NCBI GenBank assembly: GCA_965263355.1
Contig: CBDHHL010000056.1
Span: 1,472,001-1,536,000, forward strand
Length of the DNA stretch: 64,000 bases
From: Leptolyngbyaceae cyanobacterium
Lineage (GTDB): Bacteria > Cyanobacteriota > Cyanobacteriia > Phormidesmidales > Phormidesmidaceae
Direction: 5' to 3'
Part shown: positions 39,485 through 50,266 of the stretch, piece after piece
Position numbering within the stretch: the stretch's first letter is position 1
Layout of the letters: each line of letters opens with the position of its first letter
Program-made: the position numbers and the translations under genes
The notes under the pieces: model-generated
Database searches by the model: none
What the model was told of the DNA's origin: nothing
The model's input: the letters and a program-made list of their open reading frames with translations, nothing else

Positions 39485-41776
39485 TTATCTAACAACCTGT
39501 CCCATATAGTTACTCCATAGCTGGGCGGCTTGGGCACTACTACCATAAGTGGCGCTGTTATCGTCGTTACCAAGCCAGATACCGGTGACGAGGTTAGCGC
39601 TGGGGACAAATCCGACAAACCATAGATCAACACCGTCATTAGTGGTGCCTGTTTTGCCAGCTTCGCCCAGACCCAGGTAAGCGCCACGCCCCGTGCCACT
39701 GTTGACGGTTCCCTGCATAAAAGATGTCATGGTCCGGGCGGTATTGGGGGTAAGCACATCGCGATCGCGATCAGCCCCCTTGTCAATGGCAAAATCAAAG
39801 ATGACGCGGCAAGTATTGCGATCGCGATTATCCTCACAATCGCTACTATCCAATACCCGCTGAATACCATGGGGGCGATTCCAGATGCCATCGTTTGCGA
39901 TCGAGCCCACCGCCCCAGTCATTTCTAACGGGGTTACCCCGCTTTGACCCAACACCAGACCTGGTACCGGATCTAATTCCGATTCAATCCCCATGGTCTG
40001 AGCCAGATTCACAATATTCTCTAAGCCAGCTTCCCGTGCCACTCGCAGGGCAACTACATTTTCTGATCGGGCAAAGCCGTCATACATATCGAGCGTACCG
40101 CCACCCGAGCGACAGCCCTGATAAAACTGCCCACCCCAATTCATATCGCTGCAGCTAAAACCAGTGCTAGCCGCAATATTTTGCTCAAGGGCACTGGCGT
40201 AGGCAAAGACTTTGAATGTGGAACCGGGCTGTCTAATGGCTTGAGATGCGCGATTAAACTGGCTTTGGCTATAGTCGGCACCACCTACCAGGGCCTGGAT
40301 TTCGCCTGTGGATGCCTGTAGGGTAACCAATGCCCCCTGGGAAAAGCCATAGCGATCACCTAAGTTAGCAATGCCTGAACGCATTGAGGTTTCAGCCTGA
40401 CTTTGCATAGCCAAATCCAGGCTCGTTTCCACATAGAAATTACCTTCTCTGGCCAAGCCTATGCCCAAAATCTGGTCTAGTTCATCAAATATATAGCTGT
40501 AAAAATAAGGAGCCCGAATACTCTGCAACTGTTCACGGGCTTTGGGACTAATTTCAATGCGAGAGCGGCGGGCACGACGACCGTCTTCCTGGCTAATCAT
40601 GCCGAGGGCCACCATCCGCTCAATTACGCGATTGCGGTAGTCTAAGGCATCATCGTAGCTTTGGACGGGGTTAAACGCATTTGGGGCAGGTAAAATGCCC
40701 ACTAGGGTGGCCGCTTCTTGAATAGTTAAGTCTTTTGCTGATTTATCAAAATAAAACCGGGACGCATCTTCAAAGCCATAGAGGTTATTGCCCAGATAGA
40801 CTCGGTTGAGATACAGCAACATGATGTAATTTTTGCTGTAAAACGTTTCCAGTTTTAGGGCGACGATCATCTCACGAATTTTGCGCATGGCGCTGTCGTC
40901 GCTGCCGACATATTCTCGGTAAATATTACGGGCCATCTGCTGGGTGATCGTGCTGGCCCCCTCTCGGATAGTGCCGCTCCTGAGGTTGGTTTTAGCCGCG
41001 CGGGCAATGCCCCAAGGATCGACGCCCAAATGCCAGTAGTAGCGTGAGTCTTCAGAGGCGATTACAGCCTGGGGTAAGTATTTAGAATATTCTCGCAGTT
41101 TCGTTTTTTCGATGTGGGCCTGGTTGTTGATCGGGTTAAGTAAGACGCGATCGCCATTTTCGTTGCCATAGACTGACACCGGCCCCTGTACTGATTCGGG
41201 AATAGGATTGATGGGAATTTTGGGCCATTCAATGGCAACGACCCAAAACGTGATCAGGGCAATGCTGCCAGTAAGGCCGTAAAGACCATAGCGAATTGTT
41301 TTGAGGTACCACGGAGCGGGGTTTTGAAACCTTAGAGTGACGGCATCATTGAGTTCTTTTGGTCCCAAGCTGAGCACATCGCCGTCTTGAAGCTTGAAGG
41401 TCTTTAGACGTTTTTTGCCACAGTAGGTGCCGTTGGTGGATTTTTGGTCTTTGAGAACAAAGGGATTGCCCGGTTGGGTGCGATCGCGAGTCAAGGTCAA
41501 ATGAGTCTGACTGACCAACGGGCTGCGAACCACAATGTCACAGTTCTTAGAACTCCGTCCCAGAACATAGTGATCACCCACCAGGTCATATACCTTTTGC
41601 TCGCTGTTATAATCCACCAACAGCTTAGGTACCCGAGCCCCTGGTTTCAAGGCTAACTTGTTGAAATCGACCCGCGCTACATTCTGAAACACCTGGGTCA
41701 CCGTGTCCAAAATCGTGCGGGGCGGCGTTGTCGATGAGTTACGGCGGGGCGGCTGAGTCATCCTTAGACCATTCAA
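39485..41776 (-). CDS. Class A penicillin-binding protein with N-terminal FHA domain
   Basis: FHA (LGRS..CDI, VSQTH, STNGT), transglycosylase EDSRYY/GASTITQQ, transpeptidase STFK, SEN, KTG. Confidence 0.93.
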   Translation of the reverse strand: MNGLRMTQPPRRNSSTTPPRTILDTVTQVFQNVARVDFNKLALKPGARVPKLLVDYNSEQKVYDLVGDHYVLGRSSKNCDIVVRSPLVSQTHLTLTRDRTQPGNPFVLKDQKSTNGTYCGKKRLKTFKLQDGDVLSLGPKELNDAVTLRFQNPAPWYLKTIRYGLYGLTGSIALITFWVVAIEWPKIPINPIPESVQGPVSVYGNENGDRVLLNPINNQAHIEKTKLREYSKYLPQAVIASEDSRYYWHLGVDPWGIARAAKTNLRSGTIREGASTITQQMARNIYREYVGSDDSAMRKIREMIVALKLETFYSKNYIMLLYLNRVYLGNNLYGFEDASRFYFDKSAKDLTIQEAATLVGILPAPNAFNPVQSYDDALDYRNRVIERMVALGMISQEDGRRARRSRIEISPKAREQLQSIRAPYFYSYIFDELDQILGIGLAREGNFYVETSLDLAMQSQAETSMRSGIANLGDRYGFSQGALVTLQASTGEIQALVGGADYSQSQFNRASQAIRQPGSTFKVFAYASALEQNIAASTGFSCSDMNWGGQFYQGCRSGGGTLDMYDGFARSENVVALRVAREAGLENIVNLAQTMGIESELDPVPGLVLGQSGVTPLEMTGAVGSIANDGIWNRPHGIQRVLDSSDCEDNRDRNTCRVIFDFAIDKGADRDRDVLTPNTARTMTSFMQGTVNSGTGRGAYLGLGEAGKTGTTNDGVDLWFVGFVPSANLVTGIWLGNDDNSATYGSSAQAAQLWSNYMGQVVR

Positions 41777-41836
41777 AAAGACGGATGTTTGAATATGGGT
41801 TCACTATAAACCCTTAATCAATGCTGGCCCCTGATC

Positions 41837-41869
41837 TCGTAGGGGTATTGCATGTAATTACCCCTACGA
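41837..41869. repeat. GTAG-type REP palindrome
   Basis: TCGTAGGGGTA-TTGCATGTAAT-TACCCCTACGA overlapping the lspA stop; related copy at 52239. Confidence 0.6.
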
Positions 41870-42358
41870 CGACGGAGACCGTTTTTCCGTTAGCAAAATC
41901 GCAATCAACAGACACACAATACCCACGTTGATCCAGATATCTGCCAGATTAAACACTGGAAATCGAGTGATCGGAAACGCCTGGATAAAATCCACCACTT
42001 CCCCCGCTTTTACCCGATCAATGCCATTGCCCAGCGCTCCAGCCAAAATAAAGCCCCAGCCTGCCCGCTCCCAGCGATCTTCAATCCGCATGATCAAGCC
42101 GTAGCCAGCAATTCCAATGCTCACAATCACCGACAGCCAGGGTAACAACCAGCGACAGCCATCACCGCTGCAAATACTCCAAGCGGCACCGCGATTAAGC
42201 ACATAGGTAAAGTTCAAGACTCCTGGAATAATCGTCACAGGTTCGCCCAGGGAAAAATTTTGGACAACCCAGTGTTTAGTGATCTGATCTAATAAGAGTC
42301 CAATAAAGGCGGCCACCCAGAACAGGCGATTGACTTGTTTTCTCCTTAATCTGCCCAT
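41864..42358 (-). CDS. lspA: Lipoprotein signal peptidase II
   Basis: DQITK, NRGAAWS, GALGNGIDR, VVDFI, FPVFNLAD. Confidence 0.95.
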   Translation of the reverse strand: MGRLRRKQVNRLFWVAAFIGLLLDQITKHWVVQNFSLGEPVTIIPGVLNFTYVLNRGAAWSICSGDGCRWLLPWLSVIVSIGIAGYGLIMRIEDRWERAGWGFILAGALGNGIDRVKAGEVVDFIQAFPITRFPVFNLADIWINVGIVCLLIAILLTEKRSPSS

Positions 42359-42373
42359 GCTGTTATGGCAAAG

Positions 42374-42973
42374 CTAGTAGAACATAATCTGACGCATACC
42401 GTAGGCCAGCACCGAAACTGCACAGACCAGAATGAGCTGCCCTGGAATAGGCGCAATTGAGTACGTGAAAATAGCCTCTGCTAAAGATGCAGGAGCATTT
42501 TCACCAGTCCACTGTAATACATAGGCTAGGGGCAAATACACTAGTCCCACTATGTGAATGGTCAGTAATCCTGCCAAACAGCTGAGGGCTAAGGTCTCTA
42601 GCTTAAGCGTTTCCCAAAATGCCAGGTATCCACAGACCCAGGCCGCTGGAATAAAGCCAAGTAAATAGCCAAAGCTCGGTTCCTTTAAGTAGCTCACCCC
42701 CCCACCCTGGGTAAATACCTGCAGATCAAAAACTTGGAACAGTAGAAGACCCAGGCTGAGATAGGCAACCTGGGACAGCGCAGCTGCGTTTTGCCCGCCT
42801 AGACAGCCGATTAGTAAGACGGCTCCTACTTGAAAGCTCACTCCTAGGGAAAATACCTCTATGCCGTTGCTCCAATGCCAAGGTCCGGTGGTAATGAAGA
42901 CCTCTAGCCATGTGCCTCCAATCGTAAAAATCAAGCCAATTAATGCCCACAGCAACTCTGCCGTTGCAAACAC
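42374..42973 (-). CDS. bioY: Biotin transporter BioY
   Basis: AYLSLGL, VFTQGGG..Y..PSFGYLLGF; adjacent to lspA. Confidence 0.9.
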   Translation of the reverse strand: MFATAELLWALIGLIFTIGGTWLEVFITTGPWHWSNGIEVFSLGVSFQVGAVLLIGCLGGQNAAALSQVAYLSLGLLLFQVFDLQVFTQGGGVSYLKEPSFGYLLGFIPAAWVCGYLAFWETLKLETLALSCLAGLLTIHIVGLVYLPLAYVLQWTGENAPASLAEAIFTYSIAPIPGQLILVCAVSVLAYGMRQIMFY

Positions 42974-43290
42974 CTATATAGTCCTCACGGTGACGGTGGC
43001 TTATTTTATCGTTTCTGGTTGCGGTGTGATTCTAAGAATGGCGGGGTTTAAGAATGGTGGGTTGCTTGGGTATTGGCCTGATTGCAAAAAATTGAGGTAT
43101 GAGTATCAACCCACCCTACGATATCTCTAACATTACTTTTTTTAATTTCCCTGAAAATATACCCCCGTCAAGGTTTTAGACTGTTTACTTAATCCGATCA
43201 CGTCCAAGTTGATATCTGTAGGTTCTGCTACGGAAGCACTCTAATTCTGGATGTGAAAAATATTCAATACGGCTTTCTTTAAGAATTACC

Positions 43291-44277
43291 ATGTTTCCCA
43301 CTCATCGTCCCCGCCGGTTGCGCAACCATCCCCAATTGCGTCGTATGGTCCGTGAAAATGCTGTTACCACTAGCGATTTTATCTATCCTCTGTTTGCAGT
43401 TCCCGGTGCAGGTATTGCAAATGAAGTTAAGTCGATGCCCGGTGTGTACCAGCTGTCGGTGGACAAAATTGTAGAGGAAGCGAAAGAGGTTTACGACTTG
43501 GGGATTCCATCGATTATTTTATTTGGAATTCCAGACGGTAAAGATGATAATGCGACGGGCGCATGGCACGACTGTGGCATCGTGCAAAAAGCCACAGAGG
43601 CAGTAAAAAAGGCTGTGCCTGAGTTGATCGTGACGGTGGATACCTGTCTTTGTGAATACACCCCCCATGGTCACTGTGGCTATCTGGAAGTGGGGGACCT
43701 CACTGGCCGAGTATTAAACGATCCGACGCTAGAACTATTGAAGAAAACGGCTGTTTCCCAGGCCAATGCAGGGGCCGATATTATTGCCCCGTCTGGCATG
43801 ATGGATGGCTTTGTGGGAGCTATTCGTTCGGGACTAGATGACGCCGGCTTTGAAAATATTCCGATTTTGTCCTACGCCGCTAAGTATGCGTCGTCTTACT
43901 ATGGGCCATTTCGGGATGTGGCCGAGTCTGCTCCTCAGTTTGGCGATCGGCGTACCTACCAAATGGATCCGGCCAACGGTCAGGAAGCCCTCAAAGAAAT
44001 TGAACTGGATATTGCCGAAGGCGCTGACATGTTAATGGTGAAGCCAGCCCTTGCTTACATGGACATTATTTGGCGAGTCAAAGAGGCCAGCAATCTGCCT
44101 GTAGCTGCTTACAATGTCTCTGGAGAATATTCCATGGTCAAAGCGGCATCGCTTAATGGCTGGGTAGATGAAGAAAAGCTAGTTATGGAAACCATGATGG
44201 GCTTTAAGCGTTCAGGAGCCGACTTGATTTTGTCGTATCACGCCAAGGATGTCGCTCGTTGGCTAAAAGGACAATAA
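43291..44277 (+). CDS. hemB: Porphobilinogen synthase (ALA dehydratase)
   Basis: RPRRLR, CLCEYT.HGHCG Zn site, [26 protein letters not shown]. Confidence 0.97.
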   Translation: MFPTHRPRRLRNHPQLRRMVRENAVTTSDFIYPLFAVPGAGIANEVKSMPGVYQLSVDKIVEEAKEVYDLGIPSIILFGIPDGKDDNATGAWHDCGIVQKATEAVKKAVPELIVTVDTCLCEYTPHGHCGYLEVGDLTGRVLNDPTLELLKKTAVSQANAGADIIAPSGMMDGFVGAIRSGLDDAGFENIPILSYAAKYASSYYGPFRDVAESAPQFGDRRTYQMDPANGQEALKEIELDIAEGADMLMVKPALAYMDIIWRVKEASNLPVAAYNVSGEYSMVKAASLNGWVDEEKLVMETMMGFKRSGADLILSYHAKDVARWLKGQ

Positions 44278-44336
44278 AATAGTCTGAAAGCATAAAACCT
44301 AAACAGGGTGACAAAACCTTGTACAAGCGTAACAAT

Positions 44337-44373
44337 AATTAACGAATATCCCAAATAGAGATGTTCGTTAATT
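44337..44373. promoter_or_regulatory. Long inverted repeat upstream of the CsoR/InrS-like gene (possible operator)
   Basis: AATTAACGAATATC-N9-GATGTTCGTTAATT (13/14 match). Confidence 0.4.
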
Positions 44374-44405
44374 TTCACCGTTCGCCCACTTACGAGTTTT
44401 AGCCC

Positions 44406-44732
44406 TTGAGCACCTTTCCAGACGCCATTCCCCAGTCCCATGATGCTAATGGCCACGGCCATACCCACAGCGAGGAATCGCTCAAACGCATTGTTAATCG
44501 TTTGTCGCGTATTGAAGGCCATGTGCGTGGCATTAAGACGATGGTGCATGAAGGCAGACCCTGTCCTGATGTCCTCGTACAAGTTGCTGCTGTGCGAGGA
44601 GCCCTTGATCGGGTAGCCCGATTGATTTTGGACGAACATCTGAGTGAATGCATTAGTCGGGCTGTGACTGAGGGCAACATTGAAGCGGAGTTGACTGAGC
44701 TAAAAGCTGCCCTCGATCGTTTTTTTGATTGA
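44406..44732 (+). CDS. CsoR/RcnR-family metal-sensing repressor (InrS-like)
   Basis: His-rich N-terminus, NRLSRIEGHVRG, PCPDVL.Q, EHLSEC; TTG start. Confidence 0.9.
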   Translation: MSTFPDAIPQSHDANGHGHTHSEESLKRIVNRLSRIEGHVRGIKTMVHEGRPCPDVLVQVAAVRGALDRVARLILDEHLSECISRAVTEGNIEAELTELKAALDRFFD

Positions 44733-45084
44733 GACTAATTGTGCTCGTTTAGTCGACACATAACTCAGAATTCTTCGACCAATATTGCGAAAGATTTCGA
44801 AATACTACGAGAATGACATTCTCTGCTTTCGTTACAACATCAGGTGGCGATAGGTTTATGGCGTTTTGTTGTCAGTTTAAGCAGGTAGATCTTCGGGTGT
44901 CTGCGTAAAAAAATGTAATGTAAAGCCTCATCAAAACGTTTTACGGTAGCAACTATGGTGATGTCCCTAGTCCTTGAACGCATGTACGTTTGGGCCTAAT
45001 TTCAGTCGTATCGATGCTGTTTAACCCATCGTCCTAGGCAGACATCGGACGATATTAAATTCATTTAACGTCGAGATATTTAGT

Positions 45085-45801
45085 ATGAGCAGCAATTTAG
45101 CCGAGAAGCTCAAGACAGGTACGCAGAAAGCACATACGATGGCCGAGAATGTAGGTTTTGTTCGTTGTTTTTTGCGTGGCGTTGTTGAGAAGAAGTCCTA
45201 CCGTAAGCTGGTAGCTAACTTCTACTATGTTTACGCTGCCATGGAAGAAGAATTGGAACGTCACAAGGATCATCCTGTCGTTTCATCGGTTTACTATCCT
45301 GAGCTATATCGTAAGGAAACGTTGGAGACTGATCTGGCCTATTACTATGGTCCCAATTGGAAAGAGCAGATTTCTATCTCTCCAGCGGGTCAGGCATATG
45401 TTGATCGGATTCGTGACGTGTCTAACAAGTCGCCTGAGTTACTGATTGGTCATTCTTATACACGTTATTTGGGTGATTTGTCTGGTGGGCAGATTCTTAA
45501 GAACATTGCCCAGCGTGCTATGAATCTAGCTGATAACGAAGGGGTGGCTTTTTACGAGTTTCCCACAATTTCTGATGAGGGTGCGTTTAAGGATACGTAT
45601 CGCAGTACTATCAATGCAGCTCCTATCGATGATGTGATGGCAGATCAGATTGTCGATGAGGCAAATGATGCCTTTGGTATCAATATGCAGCTGTTCCAAG
45701 AGCTTGAAGGCAACTTGGTCAAGGCCATTGGCCAGATGTTATTCAACAGTCTCACCCGTGGCCGCCGTCGTGGTAGCACTGAACTAGTCACGGCTGAATA
45801 G
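45085..45801 (+). CDS. ho1: Heme oxygenase 1
   Basis: HTMAENVGFV.CFL.GVVEK.SYRKL, HSYTRYLGDLSGGQILK. Confidence 0.94.
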   Translation: MSSNLAEKLKTGTQKAHTMAENVGFVRCFLRGVVEKKSYRKLVANFYYVYAAMEEELERHKDHPVVSSVYYPELYRKETLETDLAYYYGPNWKEQISISPAGQAYVDRIRDVSNKSPELLIGHSYTRYLGDLSGGQILKNIAQRAMNLADNEGVAFYEFPTISDEGAFKDTYRSTINAAPIDDVMADQIVDEANDAFGINMQLFQELEGNLVKAIGQMLFNSLTRGRRRGSTELVTAE

Positions 45802-45841
45802 GGTTTCTGACGATTAGCTGATTCAAGCTCAAAAATCATAG

Positions 45842-45878
45842 AAATAGGCAGTATTCCACCGGAGTGCTGCCTATTTTT
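45842..45878 (+). terminator. Terminator after ho1
   Basis: AAATAGGCAGTATTCC-ACC-GGAGTGCTGCCTATTTTT. Confidence 0.8.
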
Positions 45879-46206
45879 AGTGCTGCATAATTTAGGGCTT
45901 GTCCTTTGGGGACTACTGCTGTATTGTTAGGCTCGATTTCTAAACAGCGGGTACACTAGTCTCGATTCCTGATGGGCTATGTTTGCTGAGAATAGTCAGC
46001 TCGGCAGTTGATGACTTTATATTGAGTGCCGGAAAATACTGGACAAGTTTATCTTTTCTGTTATTTTTTGGTGAGGTGTGGGAGATTAAGCCTGTATACG
46101 TTCATCATCCCAGTTCTTTTGAGGGGAGGATTGCAGTTTAAGGCTACTGTGTAACCACATCGCGTTTGAGCAATTATGCGCTCTAACGCTTGGGGCAACG
46201 CTAAAA

Positions 46207-46806
46207 GTGAGGAGTAAACGAGTGGGTTTTGCCGTTAGGGCTGATCAAAATAAGAGCGATGGCGTTCAAAGCTCTAGAAAGCAGAATCTGGTATTACTGC
46301 GTCCTGTTAAAAATCTAAATTCAGTGGCGACTGAGCGCCTGTTTGAGGCTCCTGTGCAGACCGTTCCTTCCGGGGCATCGTCATCACAGACTCTGCCAAA
46401 TGAGGTAGCTACTCAGCCTGCTGAGGTGAAGCAGCTGCCCAAATCACCGCGATTGCCGCTTGGGCTCAAATTGTTGGTGGGTATACAGCAGGGGTCCACT
46501 GTGGTTACCGGGGGATTAGTGACAACAGCTCTAATTATCTATAGTTGGACGGTTTACTTAGATAAAGCGGTTGCTCGTTCCTTTCAACATCTGGAAACCC
46601 TTAAGGCTTCGATTCAGCAGGTAACGACTGTAAATGCCACCTTAAAAAACAGTATGGCTGAGCAGGCAGAACTGCCTACGGCTGGATTTAAACCCTTTGA
46701 ACCTAAGCGTGCTATCTTCGTGTCACCTGCCCCGGTACGTGCATCTGTTGAGCTTGACTTGGAGCCTGAACCTCAGTCTTCTATGCCCCATCCAATGGGG
46801 TATTAA
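46207..46806 (+). CDS. FtsL-like membrane protein upstream of ftsI (start uncertain)
   Basis: Single TM (LIIYSWTVY), coiled coil, P.GY end; position before PBP3. Confidence 0.65.
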   Translation: MRSKRVGFAVRADQNKSDGVQSSRKQNLVLLRPVKNLNSVATERLFEAPVQTVPSGASSSQTLPNEVATQPAEVKQLPKSPRLPLGLKLLVGIQQGSTVVTGGLVTTALIIYSWTVYLDKAVARSFQHLETLKASIQQVTTVNATLKNSMAEQAELPTAGFKPFEPKRAIFVSPAPVRASVELDLEPEPQSSMPHPMGY

Positions 46807-46816
46807 TCCATTCTCT

Positions 46817-48544
46817 ATGGTTACGCAGCCATCCAGTCCAGAACGTCGTCAGCGCCGTCCCCACCAATTGTCATCACCTCGGTTTCGCTTGGTGACAGTT
46901 TGGGCATTCATGGTGCTAGTTATGTTTGGGCTGAGTGCTCGTGTTGCCCGTTTACAGCTGGTCGTAGGAGACGAGCTTAAAGCTCAGGCTCAACAACAGC
47001 GTCAAAATTCACCCCAAGTTCCGCGGGCATCGCGTCGGCCTATTATTGATCGCCAGGGCAATTTGCTAGCAGTGGACCAGGTGGTCTATACCATCTACGC
47101 GCATCCCATGTTGTTTGGCCGTCCCCGCGAAGAGGTGGCTGGCACCCTGGAGAATTTGCTGGGGCAACCTCAAGGTACGTTGCTGCAACGTTTTCAGCAG
47201 CAGGAAACGGGGATTCAGGTGGCTGTAGATGTGTCGGAAGAACTGGCCAAGCGTATCCGTGATATGCGGCTGGATGGTCTGGAGTTTTTGCCTAGCCAGC
47301 AACGGTTTTATCCACAACAGGCATTGATGTCTCAGTTGGTGGGGTATATCAATCTGGAGGGAGTACCTCAGGCTGGGTTAGAGTATGCATTGCAAGAAAA
47401 ATTGCTATACAAGCTAGATGATGCGCCATTGCCCCATTCGCTGCAACAGTTGCCTAACCGTGATGGTCTCAGGCTACAGCTGACGGTGGACAGTCGTTTA
47501 CAACGGATTGCTCAACGCAATTTGGAGGACACTGTGCGTCAATATGGGGCTAAACAAGGGGCCGTGATTGTGATGGATAGCCGTAATGGGGCGGTTTTAT
47601 CGTTAGCGGTTGCGCCTACTTATAATCCCAATCGCTACTACGAAGCGGAGGTTGAGCAGTTTAAGAACTGGGTAGTGAGCGATTTATACGAGCCAGGTTC
47701 GACGTTTAAACCAATCAATGTTGCGATCGCCCTTGAAGAAGGCATTATTTCCCCTGATGACTATATCTATGACGAAGGTCGTCTGCAATATGAGCAATGG
47801 ACCATCCAAAATGCTGATTACAGAGCCGTAGGGGGACGGGGAGCCATTACCATTACCGACGTGTTACGCCATTCAAGCAACGTCGGGATGGTTCACATTA
47901 TGGAGCAGTTAAAACGCTCGGACTATTATGACTGGCTGGAAAAATTAGGCTTAGGAGAACTCATGGGTATTGAGCTACCGGCTGAGGCACCGGCCCAACT
48001 TAAGAGTCGTTCTCAGTTCGTTAATAGTGCAGTCGAGGCGGCAACCACATCATTTGGTCAAGGATTTTCCCTGAATCCTATGCAACAGGTTCAGTTGCAT
48101 GCCGCCCTGGCCAATGGTGGTCAGTTAGTCACTCCCCATGTGGTACGAGGGTTAGTTGACCAAGGGGGAAATCCTACATGGCAGCCTGTGCGACCGCCTG
48201 CCAAACGCATTTTTTCTGAGGAAACTACCCAGGCGGTGCTGAGGATGATGGAGGCCGTGGTGGAATCCGGGTCGGGACAAAACGCACAGGTCGCAAATTA
48301 TCGGGTGGCGGGTAAGACAGGCACCGCCCAAAAAGCAAATGCCTACGGTGAGTACGGGGATGGTCGCCTGGTTAGCTTTGTGGGAATTGTGCCGGTGGAA
48401 AATCCTCGCTATGTAGTGTTGGCTGTGATTGATGAACCTTTAGGTGAAGATGCCTATGGCTCGTCCGTTTCTGCCCCTCTAGTTAGATCGGTGGTTGAGT
48501 CCCTGGTGGTCATGGCAGGGGTACCTCCCTCGGTGGCAGAGTAA
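46817..48544 (+). CDS. ftsI: Class B penicillin-binding protein (FtsI/PBP3)
   Basis: [31 protein letters not shown] at 46817. Confidence 0.9.
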   Translation: MVTQPSSPERRQRRPHQLSSPRFRLVTVWAFMVLVMFGLSARVARLQLVVGDELKAQAQQQRQNSPQVPRASRRPIIDRQGNLLAVDQVVYTIYAHPMLFGRPREEVAGTLENLLGQPQGTLLQRFQQQETGIQVAVDVSEELAKRIRDMRLDGLEFLPSQQRFYPQQALMSQLVGYINLEGVPQAGLEYALQEKLLYKLDDAPLPHSLQQLPNRDGLRLQLTVDSRLQRIAQRNLEDTVRQYGAKQGAVIVMDSRNGAVLSLAVAPTYNPNRYYEAEVEQFKNWVVSDLYEPGSTFKPINVAIALEEGIISPDDYIYDEGRLQYEQWTIQNADYRAVGGRGAITITDVLRHSSNVGMVHIMEQLKRSDYYDWLEKLGLGELMGIELPAEAPAQLKSRSQFVNSAVEAATTSFGQGFSLNPMQQVQLHAALANGGQLVTPHVVRGLVDQGGNPTWQPVRPPAKRIFSEETTQAVLRMMEAVVESGSGQNAQVANYRVAGKTGTAQKANAYGEYGDGRLVSFVGIVPVENPRYVVLAVIDEPLGEDAYGSSVSAPLVRSVVESLVVMAGVPPSVAE

Positions 48545-49169
48545 AGACAGCTTGTTCTAATTTCTGGACAGCTCGCTCCAGGTCGTCGTTAACGATTTGG
48601 ATATCAAATTCGATAGCAGCCTCGATTTCGACCTTAGCGCGGGCCAGTCGTTTTGCGATCGCAACCTCAGAATCTTGACCCCGTTGACGAATTCGGGCTT
48701 CTAGTTCCTCTAGGCTGGGGGGTAGCACAAAAATTTGCCGCGCTTCTGGCAGGGTTTTTCGCACCTGACGAGCCCCTTCCAGTTCAATTTCCAAAATCAC
48801 TACGCTGCCATGGGAAATCATGCTGTCTAGAGGGTGGCGGGGGGTACCGTAGTAATTGCCAGCAAATTCGGCCCATTCCAGTAGCTGGTCCTGATTTACC
48901 AGGGCATCAAATTCAGGACGGGATAAGAAGTAATAATGTTTACCATGCTTCTCCCCTGGCCGGGGTTGGCGAGTCGTAGCAGAAATCGATAGCTGAATAT
49001 CTGGATGGCGCTTAAGCAATTGACGCAATAGGGTCCCTTTTCCCACACCGCTAGGGCCTGTGAAGACAATCAGTTGCCCCAAGACTGGAGATTGTGCAGC
49101 GGTTTGTGAACTCAGGGGCAATGATGATATTGAAGCCATAGTGAACCCCTCAATCGTTTGGTAAATCAA
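48510..49169 (-). CDS. gmk: Guanylate kinase (start probably 49139); 3' end overlaps ftsI by 35 bp
   Basis: [31 protein letters not shown]. Confidence 0.95.
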   Translation of the reverse strand: MIYQTIEGFTMASISSLPLSSQTAAQSPVLGQLIVFTGPSGVGKGTLLRQLLKRHPDIQLSISATTRQPRPGEKHGKHYYFLSRPEFDALVNQDQLLEWAEFAGNYYGTPRHPLDSMISHGSVVILEIELEGARQVRKTLPEARQIFVLPPSLEELEARIRQRGQDSEVAIAKRLARAKVEIEAAIEFDIQIVNDDLERAVQKLEQAVFTLPPREVPLP

Positions 49170-49884
49170 ACAGTACCGTTGTCATATATCGTTCAGCCCA
49201 AACCGGATCGAAGGCTTTTTCTAAGATGCGGCGGGTTTTATCATTTTGCTGCTGATGGGTGCAATAGTTGCGTTGTCCGGCCAGAATCTCCGCTCGTTGC
49301 CCAGGGGTGGCAGGCGTAGCCTTGGCTTGTTGACAGTGCAAGGTCAGGTAGTGGCTAACTTGATTTAAGAAACGCTTTTGTTCTTGGGGGCCGATGGGTT
49401 TAACAAAACAACAGTAGTCTGAAAAGATATGTCCCCAGCTAGGTAGCTCCCTGGGATGGCTATAGCCAGCGGTCCCCATACCTGCCAGTCCATGGTTATA
49501 AGCCGTGGGTAACCCGTCGGCACTAATGGGGGATAGATCCACAACAGCAGCACTGATTTGACCACGACCACTGACAATGTCACAACCAAACATTGGTAAT
49601 ACATAGTCTGGACGAGGAAACATGACACAGTGAAGAATATCCAGATTGGGACCCACCTGAGCAAGTTCTAGATGAAGTTTACGGAACTCTGGGGTTTGAT
49701 AGCAGACATTCTCAATGACTAACCGTTCACCTTCCAGACGGCTTTCTACATAGCCCAAATCATTAGGCAGATGATACGGCGATAAGGCCAGATAACGCTG
49801 CCAGGTTACTTCAATAATATCGGCCAGGTCACAGATGGCAGAATGCTGATGCTGGCGTATGGAAGACTTTACCGTAATCGACAT
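49150..49884 (-). CDS. pcyA: Phycocyanobilin:ferredoxin oxidoreductase
   Basis: [42 protein letters not shown]. Confidence 0.95.
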   Translation of the reverse strand: MSITVKSSIRQHQHSAICDLADIIEVTWQRYLALSPYHLPNDLGYVESRLEGERLVIENVCYQTPEFRKLHLELAQVGPNLDILHCVMFPRPDYVLPMFGCDIVSGRGQISAAVVDLSPISADGLPTAYNHGLAGMGTAGYSHPRELPSWGHIFSDYCCFVKPIGPQEQKRFLNQVSHYLTLHCQQAKATPATPGQRAEILAGQRNYCTHQQQNDKTRRILEKAFDPVWAERYMTTVLFDLPND

Positions 49885-50266
49885 GGATGAGCGTTCAGTT
49901 CACCTTATAGACAGAGCGGACTGCACCATTAGAAAAACGGTATCGTCGCTGATGGAGGAATATTTCAAGTTTACAGCAGTGCTTAGGGCTCAGGCAGAAT
50001 TGACGAGTGATGATTCAATTCGTCACGTTATTCCTGATGTAGCGGATTTTTTTGGGAAAAGATGTGTACTTAGTTGTTTCCCTTATTAGGGAATAACAAG
50101 GGTCATGCTAAACCTTATCGATGGCCAGAAAGGTCGTTTTTCCGGTGAAGAATCCACAGGTTTCAACGTGGACGTGGTTTAGCATTTTCAGTGTCGAATA
50201 CTGTTTGGCCTAAGCCTCCACTTTTTGTTGCCCCGCTTCAACGTTACACACACTTTTTCCTACGCT

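Noticed and set aside
39485..41776. FHA-PBP1A fusion as a novelty
   Set aside because: This architecture is already known in cyanobacteria.
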